Both the position numbers and the translations under genes were made by a program. Shown piece by piece: positions 39,498-50,469 of a DNA stretch of 64,000 bases. The notes below the pieces were generated by a model. That model was not told the origin of the DNA. It searched no databases and was given only the letters and a program-made list of their open reading frames with translations. Location of the stretch: assembly GCA_973895155.1 (NCBI GenBank), contig OZ316896.1:17782754-17846753 (forward strand), given 5' to 3'. Position 1 is the stretch's first letter, and every line of letters begins with the position of its first letter. The stretch is from Marsupella aquatica (taxonomy: Eukaryota; Plantae; Marchantiophyta).

Positions 39498-42400
39498 TCA
39501 CGTGCTGAAAGACCCAAATTCATCTAGAAGGTTATCTCCTAGTTGGCTTTGGATGTCCAAATTTATCCCTCCGGGAAGGGTCTCAACAAGAGCTGGCTCA
39601 GACCAAACTGGCACTAATTTGAACTTATCCATCCTATACTTTCTAGATCGAATAATCTTCTCAGACTGCTCTATAGAGACTTGTTGACCTTTTGACGGTC
39701 CATCAGTCCAAACATAATGAGTAGCACTTGCTTTGAGTGATTTGTAACCAGTTCTACCGATTTCAGTCCTCGGTTTCCTAACAAAAGGGAGAATTACGGG
39801 GCTTCCAATAGAAAAATTTGTGAAAACAAGCTTATTCTCTGAAGCGCAAAACATTTGGTCCAAGGGAGAGGACGATGCACCTGCCTCGTCCTGAGGGGGA
39901 GTATGGAAGCCACTAGCTTTCTTAGTAGAGAAAATCTCATCCAGTTGAGGAGGGCTTGGAATTGGTTGGCTAACTGCATCCTGCAGGGTGGATTCCCAGC
40001 CAACATCCAAGGATGAAGACTGTTGTTCACGTTGTGCATCCCCAAGGCCACCCGATGAAGGAACACTTGGAACATCGAGATCATCTCGAGCATCATTTCC
40101 AAATTCAGGGAGTATTTCACCCTCCTCTTCCATGTAGCTTGTAATTTTCGGGCCCTCCGTTTTGCGATGCTCTAAATTCTCCGCAAATACTTCCTCATAA
40201 ACACTGGCTTCCACTGGAGCTATGTCTGCGGCCGCCTCTTCTATAAGAACGAGGGGACCAACAGTAATTTCCTCAGATGGTAACGGCTCCTTGGGTGGCA
40301 CATATAAAACTTGCTTGTTGTCATGAAGGAGCTGAGCAAAGGCTTCTGTGAATTCCATCTCTTGAGCTGTGTCCGAATACACAAAACAATCCCGACCAAG
40401 AATGACACAAGCTTTCAATGTCTGTCCTCCAGAGAAGAAATCCAACACTGTATGACCTGGGCACGAGAAATAATCAACAAGACGCTTTGTCATTCGCAAA
40501 GGCTTTGCTCTCGGATTTACAAAGCCACCACGCCGGCCGACCATCTCATAAGATGGGGCCATGTTCTCCAAAACTTCGACATCAACAGTGGATTCATCGA
40601 GCTTCTCTTTCCCCTTTGATTGGTCTTTGTTGTTCCCAGTAGGGGCCTTCAAAGGCAAGACTGTGAAGTCTTTGTCCCACTTCTCACTGTAGCTCCAGAA
40701 CGCATAAAAGTCATCAAAGAAAATTTGGGACCAGTCTGGTTCCTCTTCACAACAAATTCCCCCAAAGATGATTGAGTCCCGAGCTCCAATGAGAAAATCT
40801 CCCTCCTCCTTGGGCACCTGATCACGGTAGTAGCTCCCGTACTCCAGCTTCGTGTGCACTTTCTTCTCACGATGAATCTTTTCAAAGGCACTCTGAATCT
40901 GGCCTATCAATGGGCCTTGACGGACAAAAAAGATTACTAAGAGCTCCGTCGAGTTCGCCATCTGCAAGCAATACTCCAGCAAGACAAAAATTTTGGCATC
41001 TGTCCACTGCCATTGTCAAATACGACCAAAATTGACAATGGAGAGTGGACACGTCCTTTGCACCGAGTCAACAACCTCAGGCTTCATTGTCCTCATCAAA
41101 TTATCGCTAAAAAATGTGCGATAAGGAGTATCCTCCATTGAAGGCAATCCGCCAAATACCTTGCAATATATCTGCTCAAGCCTCACAATGAGACTTTGCG
41201 GAAATGGGTCTTTTGGCCTATTTCTTTTTAGGAGGTTGGAAATCCAAACCTCTCCAGCAAGTTGTCTAAGTTTGGGCAACTCACCACGATCCATAAATGC
41301 AGGCAACAATTGAGTTAGCTCAAACCAAGTGAGTGAATTGGTAAACCGATCCGGATACTTCAAAACGAAGTACTCCACAATTTTTACCCTCAGCTTGGTC
41401 ATGACTTTGAAAGTATGAGCCATATCACTCATTGATTGAATATCAGATTTGTTGGCTGGGTCTTTCTTCAAGAAAACCTTCTGTTGTTGAACGGCAGTAA
41501 AAACTTTCAGAATGTTGTCATTACTCAGGTCTCCTTCAAAGCATCTAAACAATGGCGGCGTAATCATTTTTGTTGTCCGGGCTTTCCCGTTTATTTTTGA
41601 ACCTAACTCCCCTAGACCATCTGGAAGAAGTCCCTTGACCCAATCGATGCATATTTGTCTCCAAGTTTGGAAGAGGTTCTCATCCGAAAACAACAACCAA
41701 AAAATATTCCTCAGATCGGATTTTCCAGTCGTTATTTTGGCAAGGGCCATAAAATCCTGGTCCAAACAGTACAAAACAAATCTGAGGCTCGAGACGATCT
41801 CGAGGTAGAATTAAGGAACTATGGTAAAATTTATGGGGAATACATGAAGATAAATCAAATACAGAAACTTGACCTCGAGGCTCGAGACAATCTCGAGCTC
41901 GAAGTGGATTTGAGTTCAAATATACCTGGAACTTTTGATGATCCGTTAGTCTATTGGACCCAATCACGGGTCTCTCCGGACGGCCACACTCGTCAAACTG
42001 TCGACGCGCATGGACCATAGTATCAAGAAAACAGGACTCATACTCCATTGTCTTATTAACAGCATTTGCCCTTTGTGAGTGTTGAGCAAGTATTGTCCTT
42101 GGAGTTCTGTCCGAAAGAATTCGTGACTTTCGATATTGCAGACTCTTCGCGACCTCCTTCAACTTTGCATCGCTCTTAGCCCAACCTATGATCCAAACAG
42201 CTGCTTTTGCCGAGTGTTGTCCACTGATTGCAAGGAACTGCACCTTCTTATTCTTAACACCCCACTCAAACTCCTTTCGATCCTCAGCAGTATTCTCATA
42301 ATGGAGCAACTGCAAACTCTCTCTTGAATACGGAATTAAATCTGCCACAGCTGGTACCATTCCAGGGTTTCTAACCATGGATTTTGCGACCTCCATGGCA

Positions 42401-44420
42401 TGGTCTTTATTGAACATCCTATAAACCAAAACTGCAGATGGCGAATCTATACTGGTGACAGGAATGTCAAAAGTTTTATTCATGCCAAATGTGTAATACT
42501 CCTCAATCTCCTTAAGAACTTCGGCTCCTTCCTTAACGCTCTTTTCTCCCGGAGCATCTCCTGGAGTGCCATCATCATCGGTATGTGCATTCACACCCGA
42601 GGAAGATGCCGGAATGAGATCTACCTTGGGCAATGCAGACTTTTTTGGCGGATGAGCCTTCTTCGATTTGATTTTGGGTTTGTCAACCCTCTTCCTCTTT
42701 TGAGACACCTTCGCTTCCTTTTTGTCCGAACCGGAGGTCTTGTCTCCTGCAGCTACGGATTTCACTTTACCTGTTTGTCTCCGATGAGACAACACCCACT
42801 TTTTACAAGCATCCTGGTCAAATTCTCCGGCTCCAAACACAAAATCAGGGGATATAGATTCAAACTCCCCCAATTTGGATTCCAACATTAGTCTCAAAAC
42901 CTTCCACGTGAAAGGAGTCGTGAATGCATCATCGCGATCAAGCCCATACTTCCGACAATAAAGGAATCCAAAAATTATGTCCGCTCCAGATATAGGAGTA
43001 TCTTCTAGCAAATTACTTGTAGTAAAACCCTCGGGGAAGAAACCCATTGATATCACGCTCAGTTGTTTCCTGGTTGCACGTTCAATGTTAAGATCGCAAG
43101 AGTAGTTTTTGGCGTGAAGTCTAATTAGAGCCCACTTCCCTGTTTCGTGGTTCTCCACCGTCAAAACCATGTCCTTACCGTTACTCGTCACAATAGAAAC
43201 AACAGGCCCTAGAAGGCTGCACACCAGAGGATCGACTGATGGAGACCTCGTCTTCACACAAATAATAGTTCCTTCCATGTCTTCAGTTTCAGCAAGCTCA
43301 ATGGCCCAACAGAATCCAAATAAACTCTGTCCAGGGCAGGAAATCTCAATTGCATGTTCATCTTCGACTACCAAATTAGGCGATCCCAATTTCGCACCTG
43401 GTATAGCAAAAATGTAGCAATTGTCAGGAACATGTACTACAAAACCAAGAAACAAATAGGTGGCTCGAGATGATCTCGATCTTCAGTTTACTATTCAGAC
43501 ATGTTCCAATGCCATTTCATCCGTGGAATTTAAAAAGAGATTTCAAACCCAAGAATCCCAGGAAACACAATAGGCTTGAGATGATCTCGAGCCACCATCT
43601 GTTTAAAAGAAAAAGATAAGGGCTCGAGATGATCTCGATCCACATATATATCAGTTGAGGCTTTATTCCAACTGGTCCAAAAGGCAAGCTTGGATCACAT
43701 TGAAAAGGATATTAGTAATTGAAGTAGACAACAAGGAGTCCTTCCAACTGGAAGAAATTGGCCAAGGGAGATGAATGAACATAAGGGAAGACGGTGTGGG
43801 ATATATTCGGCTCGAGACGATCTCGAGCCTAACATATCAAATGAGTGATCTGAATATCATATTCAACAATTAACATCATATTCAATCAACGATAAAAAAT
43901 CCACTTTCTCCATTAACTTCTGATACCCACAAACCCGTTCGGATGTCAATGATCAGAACGAGTTGGAGGGCACAAAAGTCCTTGGAGGAAGGAAATTTTA
44001 GATATTTTGGATATGATGTTCAATTTTGAAGGGTAAGGGTTTCCAACTTGAAGAAATCTCACTAGGTCACATGCAGGAATTGCATATTGGCTCGAGACGA
44101 TCTCGAGCCTCATGCCACTTCCATCAAATGCAAAATCAATTAATAGATCACAACTTTTGAAACAAAGTATTGGAGAAAACATCAATAGGCTCGAGATGAT
44201 CTCGAGCCTCAATGGCATCCAAGGAATCCAAAAACAAGTGGACCAATTGAAGCTCGAGACGATCTCGAGTTAAACCTGAACAGAACAAAGATGAAGAATT
44301 ATGTTTAATGGTGCGATGGATCTGATGTGCTGAGTCTAGATGGGTTTGGAGCTCTTCGCCAACGGTTGCAAGGTTGTACTCAACGAAGTCCTCCTTGGAG
44401 AAATCTACAACAGTCGACAT
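39498..44420 (-). CDS. About 1290-aa protein with a ParB/Srx-like domain and an N4/N6 DNA methyltransferase-fold domain; one in-frame TGA
   Basis: Phase-compatible exons are 44420-44276, 43397-41926 and 41756-39498. FLAISGQHSAKAA resembles the ParB-type GxHR motif. NPRAKPLRMTKRLVDYFSCPGHTVLDFFSGGQTLKACVILGR matches the HPxxKP..LI..S.PG..VLDPF.GSGTT..A...GR block of beta-class N4/N6 MTases. The TGA at 41016-41018 is in frame with the downstream ORF. The C-terminal tail is acidic and likely disordered. Confidence 0.65.
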
Positions 44421-44689
44421 GGCCGGTGATGAGAGGAACGTACTACGGGCTGAGAACTTAAAAAAAATCTCAAGCCTAAAAAGAAAATCTCGACCCTATC
44501 GAAGCTCGAGCCTAAACACAAAATCTTGACCCTATAAAATCTTGAGGAAAAAACCTAATCTCGATCCTTTGCAATCTCGAGGCTAATAGAAGGATCTCGA
44601 GGCAAGAGCGCGAAACGATCTAGAGGCAAGGAGGCAAGGGACGCGAGGAGGCGAAGAGGCAAAGAGGCGAGGAGGCAAATGTGAAAATG

Positions 44690-45070
44690 GGGAATTCAAA
44701 ACCCCTGAAGCCACTATAAGCCCCTCGGGGGTCGGCCTTGGCCGTGCCAAGCGTGCCAGGCGTGCCAAGCGTGCCAGGGCTCGTGCAGGCTCAGGCAGGC
44801 TGCCACGCAACCTGCTGGGTGCATACAGTCATTATTACGGTCACACGTGTTGTCATTATTGTTATCCGTACTTCAGCCCTGCCGCAAGTTTAGCCGTGAC
44901 ACAAGTTCAACCATTCCGTCTTATTGCCCTTTTTGTCTGTCAGGGTTTTATATATTGCTTCTCCTTGCTCTTCAGCGGGTCATTCTTCTCATTTTGTTTC
45001 ACCGCTCGCTCATTTCTTCCTCTGCCTCTCTGCTCTCTCTCCCTCTCCCTCTCCCTAGCTCTAGATTTGT
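44690..45070. promoter_or_regulatory. Putative bidirectional promoter of the transposon
   Basis: Lies between the divergent ORFs. It has a GC-rich core with four CGTGCCA(A/G)G repeats (44743-44779), a TATA-like TTTATATAT at about 44947, and CT-rich leader tracts on both strands. Confidence 0.5.
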
Positions 45071-45579
45071 GCTCTGATCTCTTTCTGTTGTTCTTTTCAA
45101 GGGTTTTGGAGTCTACGTTTGTGTTTAGGATATTTTGAGAAATTGTCATTTTAAGCCCCGAAGGAGGTCTAAAATAATTGAGCTCCTATCTTTTAGAAAA
45201 CCGAACCTTTTCAGCTTATACTAATGTCGGTCAAAATCCATTTGGAAGCCTTTTCCCTCTATTTGATGGCCTTTTAGAAGCTTTTTCTCAGTGTCTGGAA
45301 GTAAACTGGGAGCCTACTTTCTTAATTGCACCAAATCATTCCTCTAGATCATCTAGAGCCATTTATATGTTCTTATTTTGGGTGGCTTATTATTCCTAAT
45401 AGTTTCTTTGTCCAATACAATGTCCTTTTTGGCTCGAGATCATCTCGAGTCATAAGTTTGGTCCTCAAACTTATTCACTTTCCCCTTCTTTCTAATGGTG
45501 CATTTGGTTTTCCTTCTTATAATAAATGTTTTTAGAGTGTCGGAGGTATAGAATCTTAGTTTGATATTCAGTGAGATTC

Positions 45580-45810
45580 ATATTTTACCTCGAGATCGTC
45601 TCGAGCTAAATACTTCTGAATTTTTACATATTGGTGTTTTTGGTCCCTTTTCTACCTCGAGATCGTCTCGAGCTAAATACTTCTGAATTTTTACATATTG
45701 GTTGTTTTGGTCCCTCTTCTACCTCGAGATCGTCTCGAGCTAAATACTTCTGAATTTTGACGTATTGGTGTTTTTGTCCCTCTTCTACCTCGAGATCGTC
45801 TCGAGGTAGA
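45580..45810. repeat. Tandem repeat of 66-67 bp (about 3.5 copies), each carrying the palindrome
   Basis: The unit tacctcgagatcgtctcgagctaaatacttctgaatttttacatattgg...tttttggtccc repeats. Confidence 0.9.
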
Positions 45811-45937
45811 AGAGCTTCTTATTTTCTCTATCACACAATTTTGTGGGATAAACTTCTACACTTGGGTTTTTGTAGTCACTTTACCTCGAGATCATCTCGA
45901 GGTAACTACATCCAACGGTTTGGGCCACGTTTTCAAA

Positions 45938-46933
45938 ATGGGGAGTTTCTCTCGAGGGGACAAGGTGTGCCTCGTAATCGATGGAGTGGAAGTTGCTTGC
46001 GGGACGGTCCTCAAGGTTGACCCGGGTGACTCAGTGCGTAATGTTGATTTGGGAAGTAATCATATAGGAGTTCTCATTGAGAAGTGCTATGAGGGATCAC
46101 GGGAAATTCCTTACCCTTTGCCGCCGATCAGGACCCTGTTTGATGCTGTCGACTCTTGCATTATTTGGGATGCCCCTTTTGCATATTTGAAGTCACAGTC
46201 AACTCCAACGACAACGAAAATGGATGCCTCCTGTTCTACAAAGGATACGGTTCCGGGTTTTGTACCAGAGAAATCGTCGGTGGAAAGTTTTGGAGACTCG
46301 ATTGTATCTGGCGATGAAGTCGAGGTCTGGATCGGCAATCAGATTGTGGCTCGTGGATTTGTGTTCAAGACGAATCCCGATGAGACATGTCACAATGAAA
46401 GACTTGGCACTTCTAGGATTAGTGTGAAAATATGTGAAGTTTTTCAAGGAAGGGAGAGGTTACCCTTTCCTCACAATGGAGCTGATACCGTTCAGGAAGC
46501 ATTGGATACTTTTGTATTGTGGAATTTAAAGGATGTTACTCGGAGGAGTTCTTCCCGGGATATGCTAAACAACCTGTCCAGACAGGATGTTTTTTCAAAT
46601 TATAATTTCAAGGATTATAGTTTGCGTTCTAATTGGATGACCGAGGAGGCGGAATTGTATGCTGAGGATAATCGGACCAAAGTGGGGGTTGGCATCATCA
46701 CAGTTCCTTTCGAGTCAGGTGCAATTGATGATGATGTTCTTGGACCAGATCATGTTGGGGTTGCTGTCACAAGCGTGATTGATCCTATATTTTTCCCACA
46801 TATCTCCCCAGGAGTGCCTGGTCTTGTTAGGTGGGCCGTCCGTTCACTTTTGCTGATATCAAGGGGTATTTTTCTTCTGGATTTCATTGAAGAGGTTTCT
46901 CCGAAACCATTATTGATGGTCGAGATCATCTAG
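45938..46933 (+). CDS. Transposon protein with three tandem Tnp1/En/Spm-like (DUF8039-type) domains; probably the 5' exon of the transposase
   Basis: Three repeats follow the pattern VA.G.V....P....H...LG.....V.I..V......LP.P.....T..DA....I.W. A phase-0 intron at 46895-46968 would join this ORF to the transposase ORF. Confidence 0.6.
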   Translation: MGSFSRGDKVCLVIDGVEVACGTVLKVDPGDSVRNVDLGSNHIGVLIEKCYEGSREIPYPLPPIRTLFDAVDSCIIWDAPFAYLKSQSTPTTTKMDASCSTKDTVPGFVPEKSSVESFGDSIVSGDEVEVWIGNQIVARGFVFKTNPDETCHNERLGTSRISVKICEVFQGRERLPFPHNGADTVQEALDTFVLWNLKDVTRRSSSRDMLNNLSRQDVFSNYNFKDYSLRSNWMTEEAELYAEDNRTKVGVGIITVPFESGAIDDDVLGPDHVGVAVTSVIDPIFFPHISPGVPGLVRWAVRSLLLISRGIFLLDFIEEVSPKPLLMVEII

Positions 46934-46941
46934 AGGTAGAT

Positions 46942-49626
46942 ATGAAAGGTGACACTGAGTTTTTGAAGCGCCCATATAATTTCATCAAGAGAACGAAGGT
47001 CAACCCAGATGAAAAAAGGAAGAAGCACTTGGAGTCTCGGGCGATACTGAAAATCACAGAGGAGGAAATCGACTCCATCCAAAGAGAAGGTTGTTGTAAG
47101 TTGAAGTGTTGCCTCAGCATGCCGAGAGAAGACCTACAGGAGATAAGGAGGGAATACCATGGGATGTCAAGCGACAACAAAACCAGTCACATTCTCACTC
47201 TTTTTGGCTGTAGGGAGAAGGAAGTGGAGACAAAAGGATATTTTGTTGTAAGAAGTAGACTTGTTTGCAAGGGTGCATTTATTAAAATGCATGGATTCAG
47301 CACTGCCAAGTATTATGATTACAAAAATCAATATGAAGCAGGTTGCACGGTTGGATTCCACGGAAACAAGGGTTCACACAAGACACGGGGAAGCACCTTG
47401 CATGCTCGTGCTTTGTTGGAGTCCATTCTAACCCAAAACGGAGAACCCATGCCGCATCTTCCCTATGGAGGGTCTCACGGGACTGACACAGTTGAGTACA
47501 GACTTCCATCTTGTTTCACGAAGAAAGAGATTTTTGAGGAGGTATACTCAAAAATGGAATTAGATGGCTACGTGAAGGTGAGTGAAAACACTATGTATAA
47601 ACTCTGGAGTGAGTCCTTCATGAATTTTGACTTTCACAAGGGAAGTGCATTTGCAAAGTGTACACTTTGCACTGAGTTCAAAGATCAGTTGATGCGGGAG
47701 AAGAGAAAGAAAGAGCGTTTAGAGATTGAGGAAAGAAGAGCTCGCCATCTTCGTGAGCAAATGTCTAGGAGATATGTTTACTATGCTCATAGGGTTCTTG
47801 CGAAGAAGGATCCTAAGAACTATCTTTGCATTATACATGACAAGATGGACCAGGCCAAGACATGGATCCCTAGGTTGGTCCCCACTCCTAAATCATTGTC
47901 TGGTAGTGGTCAATCGCTCCCCATTGCGCTCACTGGGATGTTGACCCATGGAAGGGATCCCGGAGTGTATGCTCACTTCAGTTTTACTGGGCTTTGGCCA
48001 GGAGATGCAGACTTCACAGTGACATCATTGGCCAAGTGCCTTAGAGATCTGGAGGATTACAAGGGGGACAAATCTGGAGACCTCCTTGAAGGATTATATT
48101 GGGCTGCAACGAGGCCAATTTTTCAATCTCTTTTGGACTTTGAAGCATTTCTCGCAGGTTACTTAGAACCCAAAAAAGTCTCAATTGCTAGATTTCAAGG
48201 AGCTGAAGATGACCAAGACGACTTTGGTGTTGATCCCAAGGCTATGTCTACCTCTTTCAAACCATTGCCAAGGCACCTGACCTTGCAAATGGATAATTCA
48301 GGGAAAGATAACAAAAACCAGTACGTGATGGCATTTTGCAGTGAGCTTGTTAGTAGAGGGGTTTTTGAAACAGTGCAGATGTTGTTTCTCATGGTTGGTC
48401 ACACCCATGAGGATGTCGATGCATTGTTTTCAAAAGTATCCAACCAAGTGAAGTACAAGGAGGTTTCTACCCTCTTGGGGTTGATGGCTGAGGTTTGGGA
48501 GTGTGAAAGCATTCATCCTGTGCCACGGTTGATCCAAGAGGTTGCAGCTTACAAAGAGTTTTTGAAAACTTTCAAGGTAAAAGACATAGAGGGTCACTCA
48601 AAACCAGTGGCATTTCTTTTCTCTATGAGAGATAATGTTCCAATATATCAATACAAAGCACATGTGAAACAACCTTGGTACCCTCCAACCGGAAGGTCCA
48701 TTTGGAGAACTGATTCCAGCACCAATGCTCTCATTTTACCAGAAGGTCAACCGTTTGCAAAACCCATCTCCGGGGATGTACGAGGCAAGGTTGAAGAAAT
48801 CATCCCATTCCTTAATCGTTACATTGAGTTTTTGAAGAAGAGCTGTAAGGATGAGACCTCTACAGCATATCGTGAGCGGTTTCCTTTGGTGAAATATTGG
48901 GAGATGGTGGTGCAAGTATTATCTGGGGAGCTTACAATTGAAGGGGAGGCAGAAATACAGTTAGCATTGACATATGAATTCTGGCCAAAAACTAACCACG
49001 GAACTGGTTACAAGGTTAATAGTACAGGAACCTCTGAACCATTGGGGGAGCCTAGTAGTAGTACACAGAATCCACAAATGGTGGAGCTTCAGAATGAGTA
49101 CCTGGAAGAGATGGAGGATCAAGTTGCAATATTTGTTGGTGCTCGACACGAGCGAGAACTTGCACGTTGGATTCCTCTGCAGGACATTCAAGAGGGTCAC
49201 TTTGTATTTCTCCGTCCAGAGGATGAATGGGAAAAGAAGAATGGGAAAGAACGTTTCTGGTTGGTGAGAGCTTTGGGTGTTGTGGACCCAAACCATGAGG
49301 TTCCTTCAGGAGACTTGCAATGCAATGAGAATTCTCCTACTAGTACACGGTATGCTCCTATGTTCCAAGTGCAATGGTGGAGGCCTAAACATGGTAAGCA
49401 TGATGCACCGGATCATGTGCGATATTCACGTTGCTTTCAGACCACTAAGACTTGGGAGGTGGATCCTGGGTTTGACAGTGCCACTGAACGTTGACAATTT
49501 GCTAATTCTGCTATGTATGGATTCAAGTCACGCTCTAGAGAAGAAAATATAATTGATAGAGGTTTGACCATTCCCAAGAATGTTTTGAAAACACTCAAAA
49601 CCTACATGGAAGGGATTGTTGAGTAA
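46942..49626 (+). CDS. Sola-like (DUF7869-type) DDD/E transposase with a C-terminal SH3/Tudor-like domain; in-frame TGA at 49492
   Basis: Motifs: CCKLKC, VCKGAF, CTLC, IIHDKMDQAK, LQMDNSGKDNKN and FLMVGHTHEDVDALFS. The C-terminus has GHFVFLRP..RFWLVR..FQVQWWRP. The reading frame stays open 43 codons past the TGA, to TAA at 49624-49626. Confidence 0.8.
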
Positions 49627-50469
49627 GTCAAATGTTTTTTAGTAGTCACTCTGTCAGAGTGAGGGAGTCTAGTATGTCAATTAGTTTGGAATTAGACATG
49701 TCAGAGTGAGGGAGTCTAGTATGTCAATTAGTTTGGAATCAGACATGTCTTTAGTACTTACTGAGTGTTGGTTAGTACTAAGGACTAGTATATCTATTTA
49801 AGGAACTAATTATTATAATATTTTGGGATACTAGTTTGAATAGGTGCAGGTAATTGGACTTGGATACCTTTATAATTGCTTTAATTAATTATTATATCAA
49901 TACAGACTATATATTACATGAAGTCTTAATATCCATGATAGGATGTGAGTGCCTCTTAGTACTGTCTAGTAAACCTTAGTTTCAACTCGAGTTGCTTAGA
50001 ATGTACTAACAAATTACTTGTCTGAATGGATATTTAAACTAAACCCTAAGTAGAAGGTTAATTTAGCTAGCTAAGGGTAGAGATCATATTGAAGCTTTAC
50101 TAGTTATATGGGTAGAGATCATATTATTTGAAGCTTTACTAGTTATATGGGTAGAGATCATATTGAAGCTTTACTAGACACTTATATTCTATTAGTCAAA
50201 TTGAATCAATGTAAGTAAATTCTACTTCTTATCCAACATATTTTACATTATTATCACCCAAATGTTTTTCTTTAGAATCCAAATTAATATTTCATTTTCT
50301 CCTATGTACAATCTTGATCCCCCAAATGTACAACATCTGGTGCCCAAATGTACAACTCCCACTGCCCAAATGTACAATTCTTGTGCCCAAATATATATTT
50401 TTTGGTGCCTAAATGTCCAAAGATCAAAGAATTTTCCAGTTTTAATGAATAGACTGATTTAACAGCATT

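Larger units (their letters stand above)
38158..46935. repeat. Dispersed 17-bp palindrome CTCGAGA-N3-TCTCGAG, about 20 copies
   Basis: Copy starts: 38158, 39280, 40074, 41788, 41881, 43464, 43575, 43623, 43811, 44091, 44190, 44253, 45342, 45433, 45589, 45656, 45723, 45789, 45885 and 46919. Some carry 1-3 mismatches. Confidence 0.95.

Noticed and set aside
45580-45810. Palindromic repeats at about 67-bp spacing resembling a CRISPR array
   Set aside because: The intervening sequences are near-identical to each other, so this is a tandem repeat and not a repeat-spacer array.
46919-46935. A 17-nt GT..AG micro-intron equal to the palindrome
   Set aside because: It is too short for plant spliceosomes, so the 74-nt intron is more plausible. 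It is kept only as a frame observation.
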